From assembly GCA_964016885.1 (NCBI GenBank), contig OZ024740.1:133486001-133550000 (forward strand): a DNA stretch of 64,000 nt, written 5' to 3'. This stretch comes from Eledone cirrhosa. Taxonomy: Eukaryota. Shown in pieces: positions 12,930 to 26,231 of the stretch (positions are counted from its first letter, which is position 1; the number at the start of each line of letters is the position of its first letter). Under the pieces are notes generated by a model. It saw nothing but the letters and a program-made list of their open reading frames with translations. It was not told the DNA's origin and made no database searches. The translations under genes and the position numbers were made by a program.

Positions 12930-14707
12930 GATTAATATTAAGAAAAATTAATAATAAGAAGAGTTAAAATTTGAGATTTGAAAATATATACACATATATT
13001 TATATACATATGCATTTCTAGCCGAGGACACATCAGTGGAGGTTTTTTTCATATAATGGAGGGAATTATATAGAAGACTGAATTAAAGGGATACGTTTTT
13101 AGAGAAAAAATACCTCCGTGAACGCTGATCGAATTTTCCCGTCATTTGAAAAGCCATATTCAATTTTGATCCGCAAGAAAATCAGTCTTGATAATATTGA
13201 TATTAAGCAATTATTATATTCCATACAGATCGAACATTTATTTTGGTTTCTGAATACTAGATGTTTCGTAGATTAACTTTTGATATGCATCCTACTATTA
13301 TGTGGATTTCTTTTCATTTAATACTTAAGTAGTGAGTAGCCAAACAGAAATATCTTCGGTTGATCTAATTCCTTCCCAAGCTTTCAATACATTTTACAAA
13401 CCAATCTAGTTGGTATTTTTGCCTTTCAGTTGCCAAATAGAAATCCTATTAATGTATTGCTCACCTACATAGTATTACCCAAGACCATTATGGAGCTATA
13501 ACACTTAGGTTTAATTTTCTCTTAATTTTTCTTCAGATATGGTTGAATGACTTTTGAAATCCTTGATTGCTATTGAAGTGACACTGCAATTTTGTATTAT
13601 TGACTCTTAAACCGAGAGTTTCACTCGTTATAAAGTTTGCAATCTCGGTTGCTCATACTATAATGTTCGAGCTAATTATTTAAAAGTTAATGAAATAGGC
13701 ATTTGCCCGATCCAGTTTACAGATCTTAGAAATGTTACTAAGGGCATAAGGAAATATATCTAATGTTTGCACGATACATAACTCGACATAAAGTGATTTC
13801 TCAAATGTTTTACTGAGATTTTTCCATATAAAATTTTGTTATCCGTACAAGATAAAACAAGTCAATGACATATGTTAAATGGAATGCGATTCGCGGATTC
13901 TAAGGTGAAAACTCTCTCCTAGCAATCTAATATATTATAAGATTTCTAGAGAGGATTAGCTAACCAAGAATTGGTCTGAATGAATGAAATGTTGAATAAT
14001 TGATATTTTGACTATAAGTATGATAAACTTATGAATAGTAGGTTTATACCGATAGAAATTCTGATGAAAAACCGCTTAGGGAGAACTATTTAATAGGATA
14101 GTTGGAATATTCCATTCGAATATTTTGAATGAGGAGGAGAAATGCAATTACAAAAAGCGTTAAACTTAATGAATGTAGATTAATGATAAAACTATAAAAC
14201 CTGATTCAGTGGTGAGGTATGCGTATGGCCTACACAACTAGAGATAATGTTCTAAAATAAATAGAAATGTTCCTGTTAAATTACTTGATTCCCAGCGGAG
14301 CAGGGATTCTTTTTGAACAAGTAATCGAGTCGCGGCCATTGTAATTTTTTACCTTTCTATTTATGTTTTTTTCTTTTTATATATAATTATTTTGTGTCCA
14401 GTTCTTTGTGGCAATTTGGACAATATCAATGGAGCGTTAGATTTCACAGCGTATCTATTCCGATGCTTACCAATAAATTGCGATATACACGTACAAACTG
14501 ATTTTCTCTCATGGTGTAATTCAGATTAGTACTTTGATATTTATCTATGTAAAGCTCTAACGTACTATATTTCATATATTAAAGTCACTACTTTCAATAA
14601 AATGAATCACCAAATTTGAGGTCGTAAAATATATATGTATATATATATAAATATATATATAGTGAAAGAGTGAAGAATAACATGGTCGGCTGTACAAAAA
14701 GGGTTTT

Positions 14708-14824
14708 ATTTACAATATTAACAATTGTTTCATTAATCAAATGAGACTAAAGGCCGCTAATCACTAGAAATTGTGCCACTCGACCTTAAATACAGGGTGT
14801 GTCTCTGATCAAATCATCGTAAAC
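14708..14824 (-). ncRNA. Decayed hammerhead motif with long stem II
   Basis: Minus strand: ttt ACGATGA t TTGATCA GAGAC...GTCTC att TGATTAA t GAAA CAAT tgttaat ATTG TA^ aat. Core position 3 is mutated and stem I is weak. Confidence 0.45.
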
Positions 14825-14943
14825 TCGACACCTAACTAAGGAAACTTGTTGTTCAGTCAAACAACACAGTACGTTAAAACTATCCACAGTACAGATTACT
14901 CACAACCTCTAACTGGATTACCATAAACGATAACTTGTTATCC

Positions 14944-15027
<84 letters not shown>

Positions 15028-15259
15028 TAATATATATAAGCCGTCATTGACTGGAAAATCATATTTTAAAGAAAATATATGACGTTGATTGCTTAAAGCT
15101 AATTGCATCAGTATTCACTTATTCGTTTGTGCATACGCAAACCCAATTAGGGAACATGCTTAGCGTAAGTATATATATATATAGACACTGCATACATATG
15201 TATGTATGTTTGTATGTGTGTGGGGAGAGAGACAGAGGGGGGAGAAAGAGAGATGTGTG

Positions 15260-15527
15260 TGTAAATAACCCTTCGGTCACGAATGAGCATGAGATTTGCA
15301 AGCAGAAATTTCTCCTCTGAGACACAAGTCTGATCAATGTGTTTTTATTGGAGACCTCCCCACGCTATCAGTATTATCCGATTGAAAGCCATTTTTACAG
15401 GTGACTGAACTTGAGTGACATGAAATAGAGTGTTTTCCTCAAGGAAACAACACTTCGCCAGATCCGGGAATCAAACTTACAACGTCCGAATTGCTAATCC
15501 ACGTCTATAAAACTTTGGCCACGTACC
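15260..15527 (-). mobile_element. Degenerate tRNA-derived SINE (second family)
   Basis: Minus strand: A-box-like gtggccaaag, B-box-like gtttgattccc, followed by tgtttccttgaggaaaacact, resembling the conserved central domain of many metazoan SINEs. Confidence 0.55.
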
Positions 15528-15576
15528 TTCACACGTATACATATATGATATAGACATGTCTTCGTTTATGTATGTA

Positions 15577-16097
<521 letters not shown>

Positions 16098-16108
16098 ATA
16101 TATATATA

Positions 16109-16577
16109 TATAAACGTTAGAATATGTGTAATAAGGCCAAGACAATGCAGATATGGACATAGAAAAAAAAGAATGCAATAGTGAAAGATATTGATGAGAA
16201 TTCGTCTTTCACCTTGAATTTATTTAAATGTCCTTAATTTTCGAGATAATATCTCTTCTTCGGAGGGAAGTAAAAGTCTCAGACCAGCGTCTAAATTTCC
16301 AATGAAGCCATACTATTTCCGGTCAGCATGGCTTCATTGGAAATTTAGACGCTGGTCTGAGACTTTTACTTCCCTCCGAAGAAGAGATATTATCTCGAAA
16401 ATTAAGGACATTTAAATAAATTCAAGGTGAAAGACGAATTCTCATCAATATCTTTCACTATTGCATTCTTTTTTTTTTCTATGTCCATATCTACATTGTC
16501 TTGGCCTTATTACACATATTCTAACGTTTATACCTCATTACACAATGCTTCAAGTGAACTATAACCTCCTCCTCCCA
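16109..16577 (+). mobile_element. Inverted pseudo-LTR pair (~200-bp arms) with a minimal HHR in each arm and a 3' tail
   Basis: 16109-16311 is inverted at 16328-16532. HHR cct CCGAAGA a GAGAT att ATCTC GAAA AT TA^ agg at 16371-16408 (+) and 16231-16268 (-). Confidence 0.85.
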
Positions 16578-16684
16578 TATATATATATATATATGTATGT
16601 ATGTGTACTTGTACTTCTGTATATCTCTTTATAATTGCAATGATATGATTTAGAGGGAGAGGTGTGTCTCTGGATTGTGCAGCC

Positions 16685-17250
16685 CTATGACACGCTATAA
16701 TTGACATTGATTACATTGAACTGCAACAGCTTCAATCTGATGTCTGCTAGAAAGAAAGAAGTGCGCAAAAAAGTATTTAAGGGGACCGTGGTTCTGGTGA
16801 AGTATATTAGTATGAAGTTGTTAGTTGGGGGACATAATTTGAGACCTTTTAATCGGTATTGTCTCATTTGGATTTTACCCAGGACCAGCAATAGTTCTAG
16901 AACATGGACCAATAGACCATTGTGAGTCTCGACTGTGCTTTCAAGAGATTTACCTTTTGGTGAGATGAAGTATTTTCTGGTGTAAAAGAAGATAGCCCCT
17001 CAGTGAGATGCTTTGTTACCTACGTAGTTACCGTGAGTTCGTCTAAATTGCTCCTCAGTTATGGTTGTTTCTAGTGTATATAGTGGTATTGAGGGTTTTA
17101 ATTCTTAGTTGTTAACGTTTTCTATTTTTGTATATGGGATCAGAATTCCTAAATTTTTCTCGTAAGTTGTAATAATTTTGTAATTCTACTAGAGGTAAGA
17201 TTGCTCCAAATGTAGTTTATAGTTTTTGTTGTAACTTAAATGCTTCGCAT
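16685..17250 (-). pseudogene. Possible highly decayed LINE (CR1-like) 3' remnant
   Basis: Only weak peptide resemblance (HNGL..YFTRTTVPLN) to CR1-type C-termini. Confidence 0.25.
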
Positions 17251-17790
17251 ATCTCTATGTGGTTTTGTAAGAGGAGTATGCATGCGTTTGTATATGTGCC
17301 TGCATGAGCTTCTTTACGTTAAACCATATAATTAAAAACACATTATAATAGAGTACATGCATAAATCAGCTTCGCCTCATAAATTTGTATCAAGCCACTG
17401 TATGAATACCATTACATACATTCATACATATATATATAACGAACACTGCCCATTCCTCGCCAAGCGAATGTTCAGTTCATGATTATTTACACCCAAAATA
17501 ACACGTTCATCCCTTATATTCAGAAAGACAGGTATGAATAAAGCAATAGACTGACAAACAAATAGATATGTTTCTTTTATTTGCCACCAGGGCATCAAAA
17601 GTGGGACAAGTACAATGGGGGGAGTTTACAAAACAAGGCATCCTCAATAAGGAGGAGGCAATAACAATATATAAAAATAAAATAAAATATAACAAAAAAA
17701 AATGTATAACACACCCCCGAAAAAAGTGTGCAACCCTTCTCCTCAGGAGCACAGAGAAGGTGTGCTCCCTTGGTCTTTCATCTTCCTCAC

Positions 17791-20700
17791 CTATAGTCTG
17801 ATGTAAAGTGAAGGCCCATTCACACGGGCTATTCTCGACACTTTCACCCATCTTTCATAGAAACGGCTGGGGTGCAGCACCTCTCTCTCCATCCTGATCC
17901 TTCTTCCGAAATGATATCGGAAGAAACGGACCAGTTGTTGGCCAGAGAGAAAGGTGTCTGACCTCAGTCCTTTCAGACGCGTCCACCATACAACCTCTTT
18001 CGCCATGGCTATTACGCACAGAAACACCGCCTCTCCTTCGTTTTTGAAGAGGGGAGGCGGCTTGATCGTTACAATAGACTCGGTGGTCAACCTGATCGGT
18101 CCCACCCTTGACAGCAGTTGTTCGACATAGCCCCACAGATCGGCAATGCCCGAGCAGTGTACCAATGCGTGTGCAACGGTTTCCTCGTCGCACACGCATC
18201 TGGGACAGATCTTTTTTGATGGGTCCCTACCCGGGCGCCCGTGTCTGTAGAGCCTTTCTCGAACGGGCAGAGCCCTTCTGTAGCATTGCCAGGCCAGGGA
18301 CCTCTGGAAGTTATCCATGGGTCCCGGGCTGAATGTCCTACCGAACAGGTTGGCCAGTTCGTCTTCCTCCATGCCTAGGGCTTCTCCGAGGGCGTCGTCG
18401 CACCTGCTAACCACCAGCCCTCTATAGAATGACGAGGTGGATTCTCCACTGACAGCCGGGTCCGCCTGCCAGAGAGGCATGAGCGCCTGGGCACACTCGG
18501 TGTGCCAGGCGCCCAGTTTTCTCGGTCTTTGCTTGACCCAGGATTGCAGCTCGGTGAGTGAGACGAGTCTGGGAAAGGCTCGCCTCACAAACGGGGCCCA
18601 CACCGGTTGACCGGAGAGGAATACCTGAAGGTGCCGTAGCCTTAATGCGTGTTTACGTATCATTAGCCACGGCATCCCCAGCCCTCCTTTCGAAGGGTGT
18701 TGACAGCAGATAGATCTCCTCACCATAGGAGCCCGCTTCTTCCAAAGGAATTGGAAGAGTGCGCGCTCCATTTTGGCGAGCGTTTCCCTTGGTCAAGGCA
18801 CAACGGTCAGGCGGTAGTAGATGACGGACGCTATATAAGTGTTCGCCACCTCCGCCCGACCTTTCAGGGACAGTTTGCACTCGGCCCACTTCTGGGTCAG
18901 TGCAAACACCCTGTTCGTCACCTCACCCCAGTCTTCTCCACCTGGAGGTCTGGTCCGAACCAGACCCCGAGCAACTTCACCGGGCCCTCCGTCCAGCGCC
19001 CGACGACGCCATCGGAGGGCATCGATCTGCCCCTCCACGTGCCGAGTTGCAGACCGATCGACTTGTCCCGGTTCAGCTTAGCCCCTGTAAACCTTTCGTA
19101 CTCCTCCAGTAAGGTGCCGATCGCCCCGATTTCCGAGGCCGTCGACACCATTACTGTTACGTCATAGGCGTAGGCTGACACCGCTTTCCGCAATCCCGGT
19201 TCCAACGGGATGCCCTGCAACAACTCCAACTTCCGCAGCAGTGGCTCTAGAGTCATTACATACAGAAGGGAGGAGAGAGGGCACCCCTGTCGGATGGACC
19301 GCGCGATTTCGAACGGCTCCGAGAGGTAGCCGTTCACCTTGACCCTAGAGCAGATGCGGCTGCTGTGCATGGCATTGATCCAGCCCCTGAAAACGGGTCC
19401 GAAGCCTGCCGCCGCTCGCACCGCATCCAGGTAACCATGGTCGACCCTATCGAATGCCTTAGATTGATCCAAGTTGATCAGGGCCCCACCAAAGCCGGGT
19501 TCGTTCCCAACCCTCTCTATGATGTATCACATAGGTGGAGGTTATCGTGGATGGACCTGGACGGGATAGCACATGTCTGCGCATCTCCCACCAGGTTGCC
19601 CACGACAAGTGCCAACCTCTTTGCTAGCACCTTGGCCAAAATCTGTAACTCTGTATTTAGCAGAGTTATGGGCCTGAAATTATTTATATCGTCCCCCTTG
19701 TTCTCGTCCTTCTTCACTAGCGTGACTACGCCCTTGGTCACAGCACAGGGAATTCTCCCGTTCTGTTGCCAGTTGCAGTAGACCGCCTCGAGGAGATCGG
19801 GGAACAAGTCCGGCATAGCTAGATATAGTTCGTATGGAAGACCATCGAGACCCGGGGATTTGCGTTTGCCGCATTGGCTCAGCACGTCTTCTATCTCAGC
19901 GGCTGAAATCGGCTCCTCGCAGGACTTCGTCTCCCTGTCCGAGAGACGCGGCAGGCCGTCGAGGTATGGACCGAAGTCCACGTCCCCAACCTGCCCCCCG
20001 CCCCTTCCGAACAATCCGGCAAAGTGCTTTTGAAAAGCCTCGCACATCTGCTTAGGTTCAAGGATCACCCGTCCATCCTGGTCTCGCAAAGACAGGATAG
20101 TGGATCTGCTCCCTCTTTTGGCTTCTGTCACGCGGGCCCAGCTAACTGCTTTGGTCCCCTCGTTTCCCAGAGCACGTATTTTGCTTCGGACGATGCAGCC
20201 TTCGTGTTTCGCGTCGAAGAACTGGCCCAGGGCCGTTCTCGACGCTAGCACTCTGGCCACGTCGCCGCTTCTAATTGCTTCTTCTACACTATCTACCAAC
20301 TCCCTTTCCTTCCCATTTCTATTGGAGGCTAACTCCTTACTAAATTCTATAGAGACTACTCTAATCTCTCTTTTGAGAGATCCCCACCACCTGCTGTTGA
20401 CGATGGCGCCCGTCAACCGCTCCTTAACTAAAGTGCTAATCCGGTCCCTGTAAGCCTTACTTGCCGGTAAGGACAAGTTGAGCATCCAGTAACCGGGTCC
20501 CTGTCTATGAGTTCTGTCAAGGTTGATCATGCAGGTCACTAACTTGTGGTCTGAATAGCCAAACATGCGCATTTTTGGACAACTTAAAAAGTCCTTATCC
20601 TTAATTCTAACTAAGAACCTATCTAGGTACGACCTAGATGATCCGCTACGATTTGCCCAATTCCAGGTTGGCGCAGTCGGAAAATCTAGTCGATATCTAT

Positions 20701-21226
20701 CGGCCAGGTCAAATCGACCAATTAACCCTTTGAGGCTATTACACCCCTCTCTATCGGGACAGGCCCCTACGTAGTCCCAGCGTGCATCTAGGATACCATT
20801 CCAGTCCCCCACTAATAGGAAGGAGCGGGACGTCCCTAGAAAAGTCTCCAGACGATGGAAGAAGTCCGGCCGCATTGACCCGAAAGGGCCGTAGGCGGCT
20901 ACCAACCTAAACGTTCCGCCTTTACCACTGCCAAGGTCCAGAACCACTAGTCGACCCTCCGGGTCCAAATGTACCATCTGTGTTGCGAGACCCAGATGTT
21001 TTTGCAGCAGAACGACAACTCCACCCCCCACCTCCGGGCTGACAGAGAGATACGTGCATCTCAAAGTCATCAAAGGTGGGGGCCAGCTGTCGCACGTTGC
21101 TGATCCGGGCCTCGCAAATAACCATCACATCTATACGTTGTGACCTGAGGTCATTTAGAAGCATTGCTTGCTTCCAAGTTGAGCCCAGGCCACGCGCTTT
21201 AAACAGCCTACTCTTAGCATAGCCAT
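17791..21226 (-). pseudogene. Tx1 ORF2: AP endonuclease + RT + CCHC finger
   Basis: LVGDWNGILD, SYLDRF, YSDHK (APE); RQGCPLS, YAYD (mutated YADD); CPRC..ETVAHALVHC. Confidence 0.92.
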
Positions 21227-21414
21227 GTTGGTGGTGAAGAGAAAAGGCACTTACCTCTCTGCGTCCCGGGTATCGGGCTGCACAATTTCCATTAGGGTGG
21301 GGGATGGGTTGTTGGGTGGGGTGGTGGTTTGTGGAAGTGTAGGGGCATCAGTGTGTTGTGTGGTTGGGGAGCTTGGAGTTGTGTGGGTGTTTTGGGAGGG
21401 GGTGGGGTAGTTTT

Positions 21415-22990
21415 TTAGGAGGACGCGGTTAATGGGCCCGACGCAGGGGGACCCACGTCCTCTTTAAAATTGTTTTTTAAAGTTTTATAGGTGTCCTGTG
21501 GGGCCTTAATCATTTTGAGGTGGGGGAAATCCCCTGCCTGGGTGAAGTTAGGCCCTTGTGTTTTTATTAGATTGTTGTTGTACACAATGTTTAACAGTTT
21601 TTTGTGTTTATGTATGTGTATGCATGTTTTTGTTTTTTGTGTGGTGTTTTTTGTTTGCTGTTGTTGTGAGCTCTTTTGTGTTGGTGTCAGTGTTATGTTT
21701 TGGGGAGGGGTTGTTTTCATTTGTGTGTCTGAGGTGTGTTTTCTTTTTTTTCTTTTGATTGTGTGGAAGTGCTCCTCCTCGTCTGACGACGAACTAGGGT
21801 TATCTTCCGCGTTGGAGGGGAGGGGTATATTTTCGGGTTGTGTTTGCGGTGCGGGTGTTTTGTAAATTGTTTTTGTTTTTTGAGTGGAGGGGATGGGTTG
21901 GACATTGTTTTGTTTTGGTTTGAGCTGTGGTGGTTGTTTTTGTAGTGGTGGTTGTGGTGATTGTGTTGGTTGCGCAGTTGTTGGTGGTGTAGGCAGGATT
22001 GGGGTTTTCTTATTAAGTTGGGGATAGACAGCCCTCAGGTGACCTCTGGTTCCGCAGAGGTAACACGAGGGCCGTCTACCCTCAACGGTAATGTTGATGA
22101 AGGTTAGATCATCCAGTATGACGCGTTCAGGGATCTGGGCGATCCTTTCGGGCCTCATTTGAACTACAAGTTCGAGGCTCGTTCCACTGAACGCGTCACC
22201 CGATGCCTTTCCCATGGACACCAGCATGTCATCCTCCAGGTCCAGGGAACCTGTCAAAACCCACCATATGTCCATAGTCGGCAGGATCGTGTGGATTTTT
22301 ATTTTTTGTGTTCTTCTACCCATGTACGTAGGGTAGAAGGTGTATGCGGTGGATGTGATTGGTTTGATGGACAGTTTCACTTCTGTGTCCCTGTCCTTCA
22401 TGAGAATGGATAGACTCCCGTAGAGTCTATCCTTCTGAATGAAGGTAATGTCCTTCATGACGTCTTTTAAAACCAGCTCTATCTCACTCTGTGATGGTTG
22501 AGCTGGTTTTTTACTTTTATTCGAGATTGTCCTAAACATGACCGTGTTTAGGAGTCTCTGGTTTTTTAGTTCCAGGGGGGGGGGGGGAATGGATTGTGAA
22601 TGAACAATTTTCTCCGTACACTATATATTTTTTCGCATCGGCCAGTAGCTCCTTCGCTTTGGTTATATCTACTGGCAGATAGTCGAGGGTTTTCCTTGTC
22701 GTCTTGGCGACTGAGAATTTTGTTTGTTTGTGTTGTTGTTGTCGTTGGTGGTGTTGTTGTTATCATTGTTGTTGTTGTCACAGTTATTGGTCTTGTTGTT
22801 GTTGTTATTGTTATTGGTGTTGTTTTCGTCCGTCGCATTGTTGTTGTTGTTGCTGTTGCTGGTGCCGCTGGTTCTTTGGGTTGTTGCCATGGCAACGTCA
22901 AGTTGTCGGTTAACAGGTGGAGAGAATTCTTCCTCTGGCTGACCTTTCTTCTTGACCTCTGCTACTGTGACAGTGGCAGGGGGAAGCTGT
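21415..22990 (-). pseudogene. Tx1 ORF1 (Asn-rich N-terminus, zinc knuckle, Pro/Thr-rich linker)
   Basis: CYLCGTRGHLRAVY knuckle; frameshift in the poly-C run at ~22575. Confidence 0.85.
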
Positions 22991-23002
22991 AAGTTTATCT
23001 TC

Positions 23003-24153
23003 CCCTTTCATAGAAACGGCTGGGGTGCAGCACCTCTCTCTCCATCCTGATCCTTCTTCCGAAATGATATCGGAAGAAACGGACCAGTTGTTGGCCAGAG
23101 AGAAAGGTGTCTGACCTCAGTCCTTTCAGACGCGTCCACCATACAACCTCTTTCGCCATGGCTATTACGCACAGAAACACCGCCTCTCCTTCGTTTTTGA
23201 AGAGGGGAGGCGGCTTGATCGTTACAATAGACTCGGTGGTCAACCGGATTGGTCCCACCCTTGACAGCAGTTGTTCGACATAGCCCCACAGATCGGCAAT
23301 GCCCGAACAGTGTACCAATGCGTGTGCAACGGTTTCCTCGTCGCACACGCATCTGGGACAGATCTTTTTCGATGGGTCCCTACCCGGGCACCCGTGTCTG
23401 TAGAGCCTTTCTCGAACGGGCAGAGCCCTTCTGTAGCATTGCCAGGCCAGGGACCTCTGGAAGTTATCCATGGGTCCCAGGCTGAATGTCCTACCGAACA
23501 GGTTGGCCAGTTCGTCTTCCTCCATGCCTAGGGCTTCTCCGAGGGCGTCGTCGCACCTGCTAACCACCAGCCCTCTATAGAATGACGAGGTGGATTCTCC
23601 ACTGACAGCCGGGTCCACCTGCCAGAGAGCCGTGAGCGCCTGGGCACACTCGGTGTGCCAGGCGCCCAGTTTTCTCGGTCTTTGCTTGACCCAGGATTGC
23701 AGCTCGGTGAGTGAGACGAGTCTGGGAAAGGCTCGCCTCACAAACGGGGCCCATACCGGTTGACCGGAGAGGAATACCTGAAGGTGCCGTAGCCTTAATG
23801 CGTGTTTACGTATCATTAGCCACGGCATCCCCAGCCCTCCTTTCGAAGGGTGTTGACAGCAGATGGATCTCCTCACCATAGGAGCCCGCTTCTTCCAAAG
23901 GAATTGGAAGAGTGCGCGCTCCATTTTGGCGAGCGTTTCCCTTGGGCAAGGCACAACGGTCAGGCGGTAGTAGATGACGGACGCTATATAAGTGTTCGCC
24001 ACCTCCGCCCGTCCTTTCAGGGACAGTTTGCACTCGGCCCACTTCTGGGTCAGTGCAAACACCCTGTTCGTCACCTCACCCCAGTTCTTCTCCACCTGGA
24101 GGTCTGGTCCGAACCAGACCCCGAGCAACTTCACCGGGCCCTCAGTCCAGCGC
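23003..24153 (-). mobile_element. Tx1 ORF2 3' fragment (B'), near-identical to 17852-19000
   Basis: ORF 22995-24155 repeats the peptide of 17791-19038; joined to copy B at a CTTTC microhomology. Confidence 0.92.
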
Positions 24154-26147
24154 AATCCCTACCAGGTCCATACACGACAACCTCCACCTCATGCGATACA
24201 TCATAGAGAGGGTAGGGTGTAAACCCGGCTTCGGTGGGGCCCTGTTCAACTTGGATCAGTCTAAGGCTTTCGATAGGGTTGACAATCGTTACCTGAATGC
24301 GGTGATCGAGGCGGCAGGCTTCGCACCCGTGTTCAGGGGCTGTATTGCTGCAATGCACAGCAGCAACATCAGCTCAAGGGTCAAGGTGAACGGCTACCTC
24401 TCGGAGCCGTTCCATATCATGCGATCCATCCGACAGGGATGCCCTCTCTCTTCCCTTCTGTACGTACTGACTCTCGAGCCACTACTGCGGAAGTTGGAGT
24501 TATTGCAGGGCATCCCTTTGGAACCGGGACTGCGAAAAGCGGCGTCGGCCTACGCCGACGACGTTGCAGTAATGGTGTCGAGCACCTCGCAAATCGGGCA
24601 CATCGGCACCTTACTGGAGGAATACGTAAAGTTCACAGGAGCGAAGCTGAACCAGGACAAATTCGTCGGTTTGCAACTCGGAACGTGGAGAGGCAAACCA
24701 ATGCCTTCCGATGGCGTCGTCGGACGCTCGACGGAGGGACCAGTAAAGCTGCTTGGGGTCTGGTTTGGTCGGGACCTCCAGGTGGAGAAGAACTGGAACG
24801 AGGTGACGGCCAAAGTGTTTGCCCTCAGGCAGAAGTGGGCCGAGTGCAAACTATCTTTGAAAGGTCGAGCGGAGGTGGCGAACACTTTTATAGCGTCTGT
24901 CATCTACTACCGCTTTACCGTCGTGCCTTGTCCAGCCAAAACGCGCAACAGAATGGAGCGCGCGCTCTTCCAATTCTTTTGGAAGAAACGGGCTCCTTTG
25001 GTGAGAAGATCCATCTGCTGCCAACACGCTTCAAACGGAGGGCTGGGGTTGCCGTGGCTGACGACGCACAAACACGCGCTCAGGCTGCGGCACCTCCTCG
25101 TATTCCTCACCAGCCAACCTGTGTGGGCCCCGTTCGTGAGGCGAGCCGTCCCACGACTCGTCTCGCTGACCGAGCTGCAGTCCTGGGTCAAGCAAAGACC
25201 GCTGAAAATGGGCGACTGGCATATCGAATATGCTCAGGCCCTCACAGTCCTCTGGTAAAATGACCCGGCGATCAGTGGAGACTCCACTTCGACATTCTAT
25301 TGAGGGTTTGTCCGCAGCAAGTGCGACGACACGCTCAGAGAAACTCTAGGCGTAGAGGAGGACGAACAGGCCAGTCTGCTCGGTAGGACCTTCCGCCCGG
25401 GACCAATGGACAACTTCCAAAAGTCCCTGGCCTGGCAGTGCTACCGAGGATCTCTACCAGTTCGAGACAAGCTCTACAGACACAGGCGCCCGGGTAGGGG
25501 TCCTTCGAAAAAGATCTGTCCGAGATGCGTGCGCGACGAGGAAACCGTCGCCCACGCATTTGTACACTGCCCGGGCGTTAGCGACGTGTGGGGCTATGTA
25601 GAACGACTTTTGTCGCGGGTGGGACCGATCCAATTGACCACCAAGTCCATTGTCATGATCAAACCGCCACTCTCCTTCAAAAACGCCGGAGAGGCGGTTT
25701 TTCCTATGGGTTATGGCTATGGTGAAAGAGGTTATATGGTGGACGTGTTAAAAGGGCTGAGGTCAGACACCTTTCTCTCCGGCGAGCAACTGATTCGTTT
25801 TTTCAAATATCATTTTGGAAGAAGAATCAATATGAAGAGAGAGGTGCTGTACCCCAGCAAATTTTATAAAAGGTGGGTGAATGTGGCAAAAATGGCCCGA
25901 GTGGTTGGGCCTTCTCTCTATATATGCCTGTAGGTTGAGGAAAAAGTGGAAGAGAAGAAGGGAGTACTCACTCTTGGTGCTCCCGGAGATGAGGGTTGTA
26001 CATTTTTTCGGGGTGTGTACAACCGCTGTGTAACGCCTCCCCTATTGGTGATATCAATTGTTATTTGTTATTTTATTATACCTGTATGTAAACTTTCCAT
26101 TTGTATTTGTCTCCTTCTTTTGTGCCCTTGTGGCTAATAAAAAATTT
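24151..26147 (+). mobile_element. Tx1 copy C: RT to 3' end
   Basis: ORFs 24053-25258 (YADD) and 25406-25933 (CCHC); AATAAA at ~26136 then (ATCT)n. Confidence 0.92.
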
Positions 26148-26225
26148 GATCTATCTATCTATCAATCCATTTATCTATCAGTTTTCACCCTCTCTATCTA
26201 TCTATCTATCTGTCTGTCTATCTAG
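26148..26225. repeat. Degenerate (ATCT)n tract between Tx1 copies
   Basis: gatctatctatctatc...tctatctatctatctatctgtctgtctatct. Confidence 0.85.
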
Positions 26226-26231
26226 GCAGAC

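Larger units (their letters stand above)
17565..23007 (-). mobile_element. Tx1-like element copy B (near full length, lacks 5'UTR)
   Basis: ORF1 ~22990-21415, ORF2 21226-17791 with frameshifts, 3'UTR with AATAAA and a degenerate ATCT tail. Confidence 0.93.

Noticed and set aside
21245-21260. Splice-donor-like AG|GTAAGT just upstream of Tx1 ORF2 (AG|GTAGGT in copy D)
   Set aside because: Absent in copy F and overlaps a probable ORF1 stop codon; no acceptor evidence.
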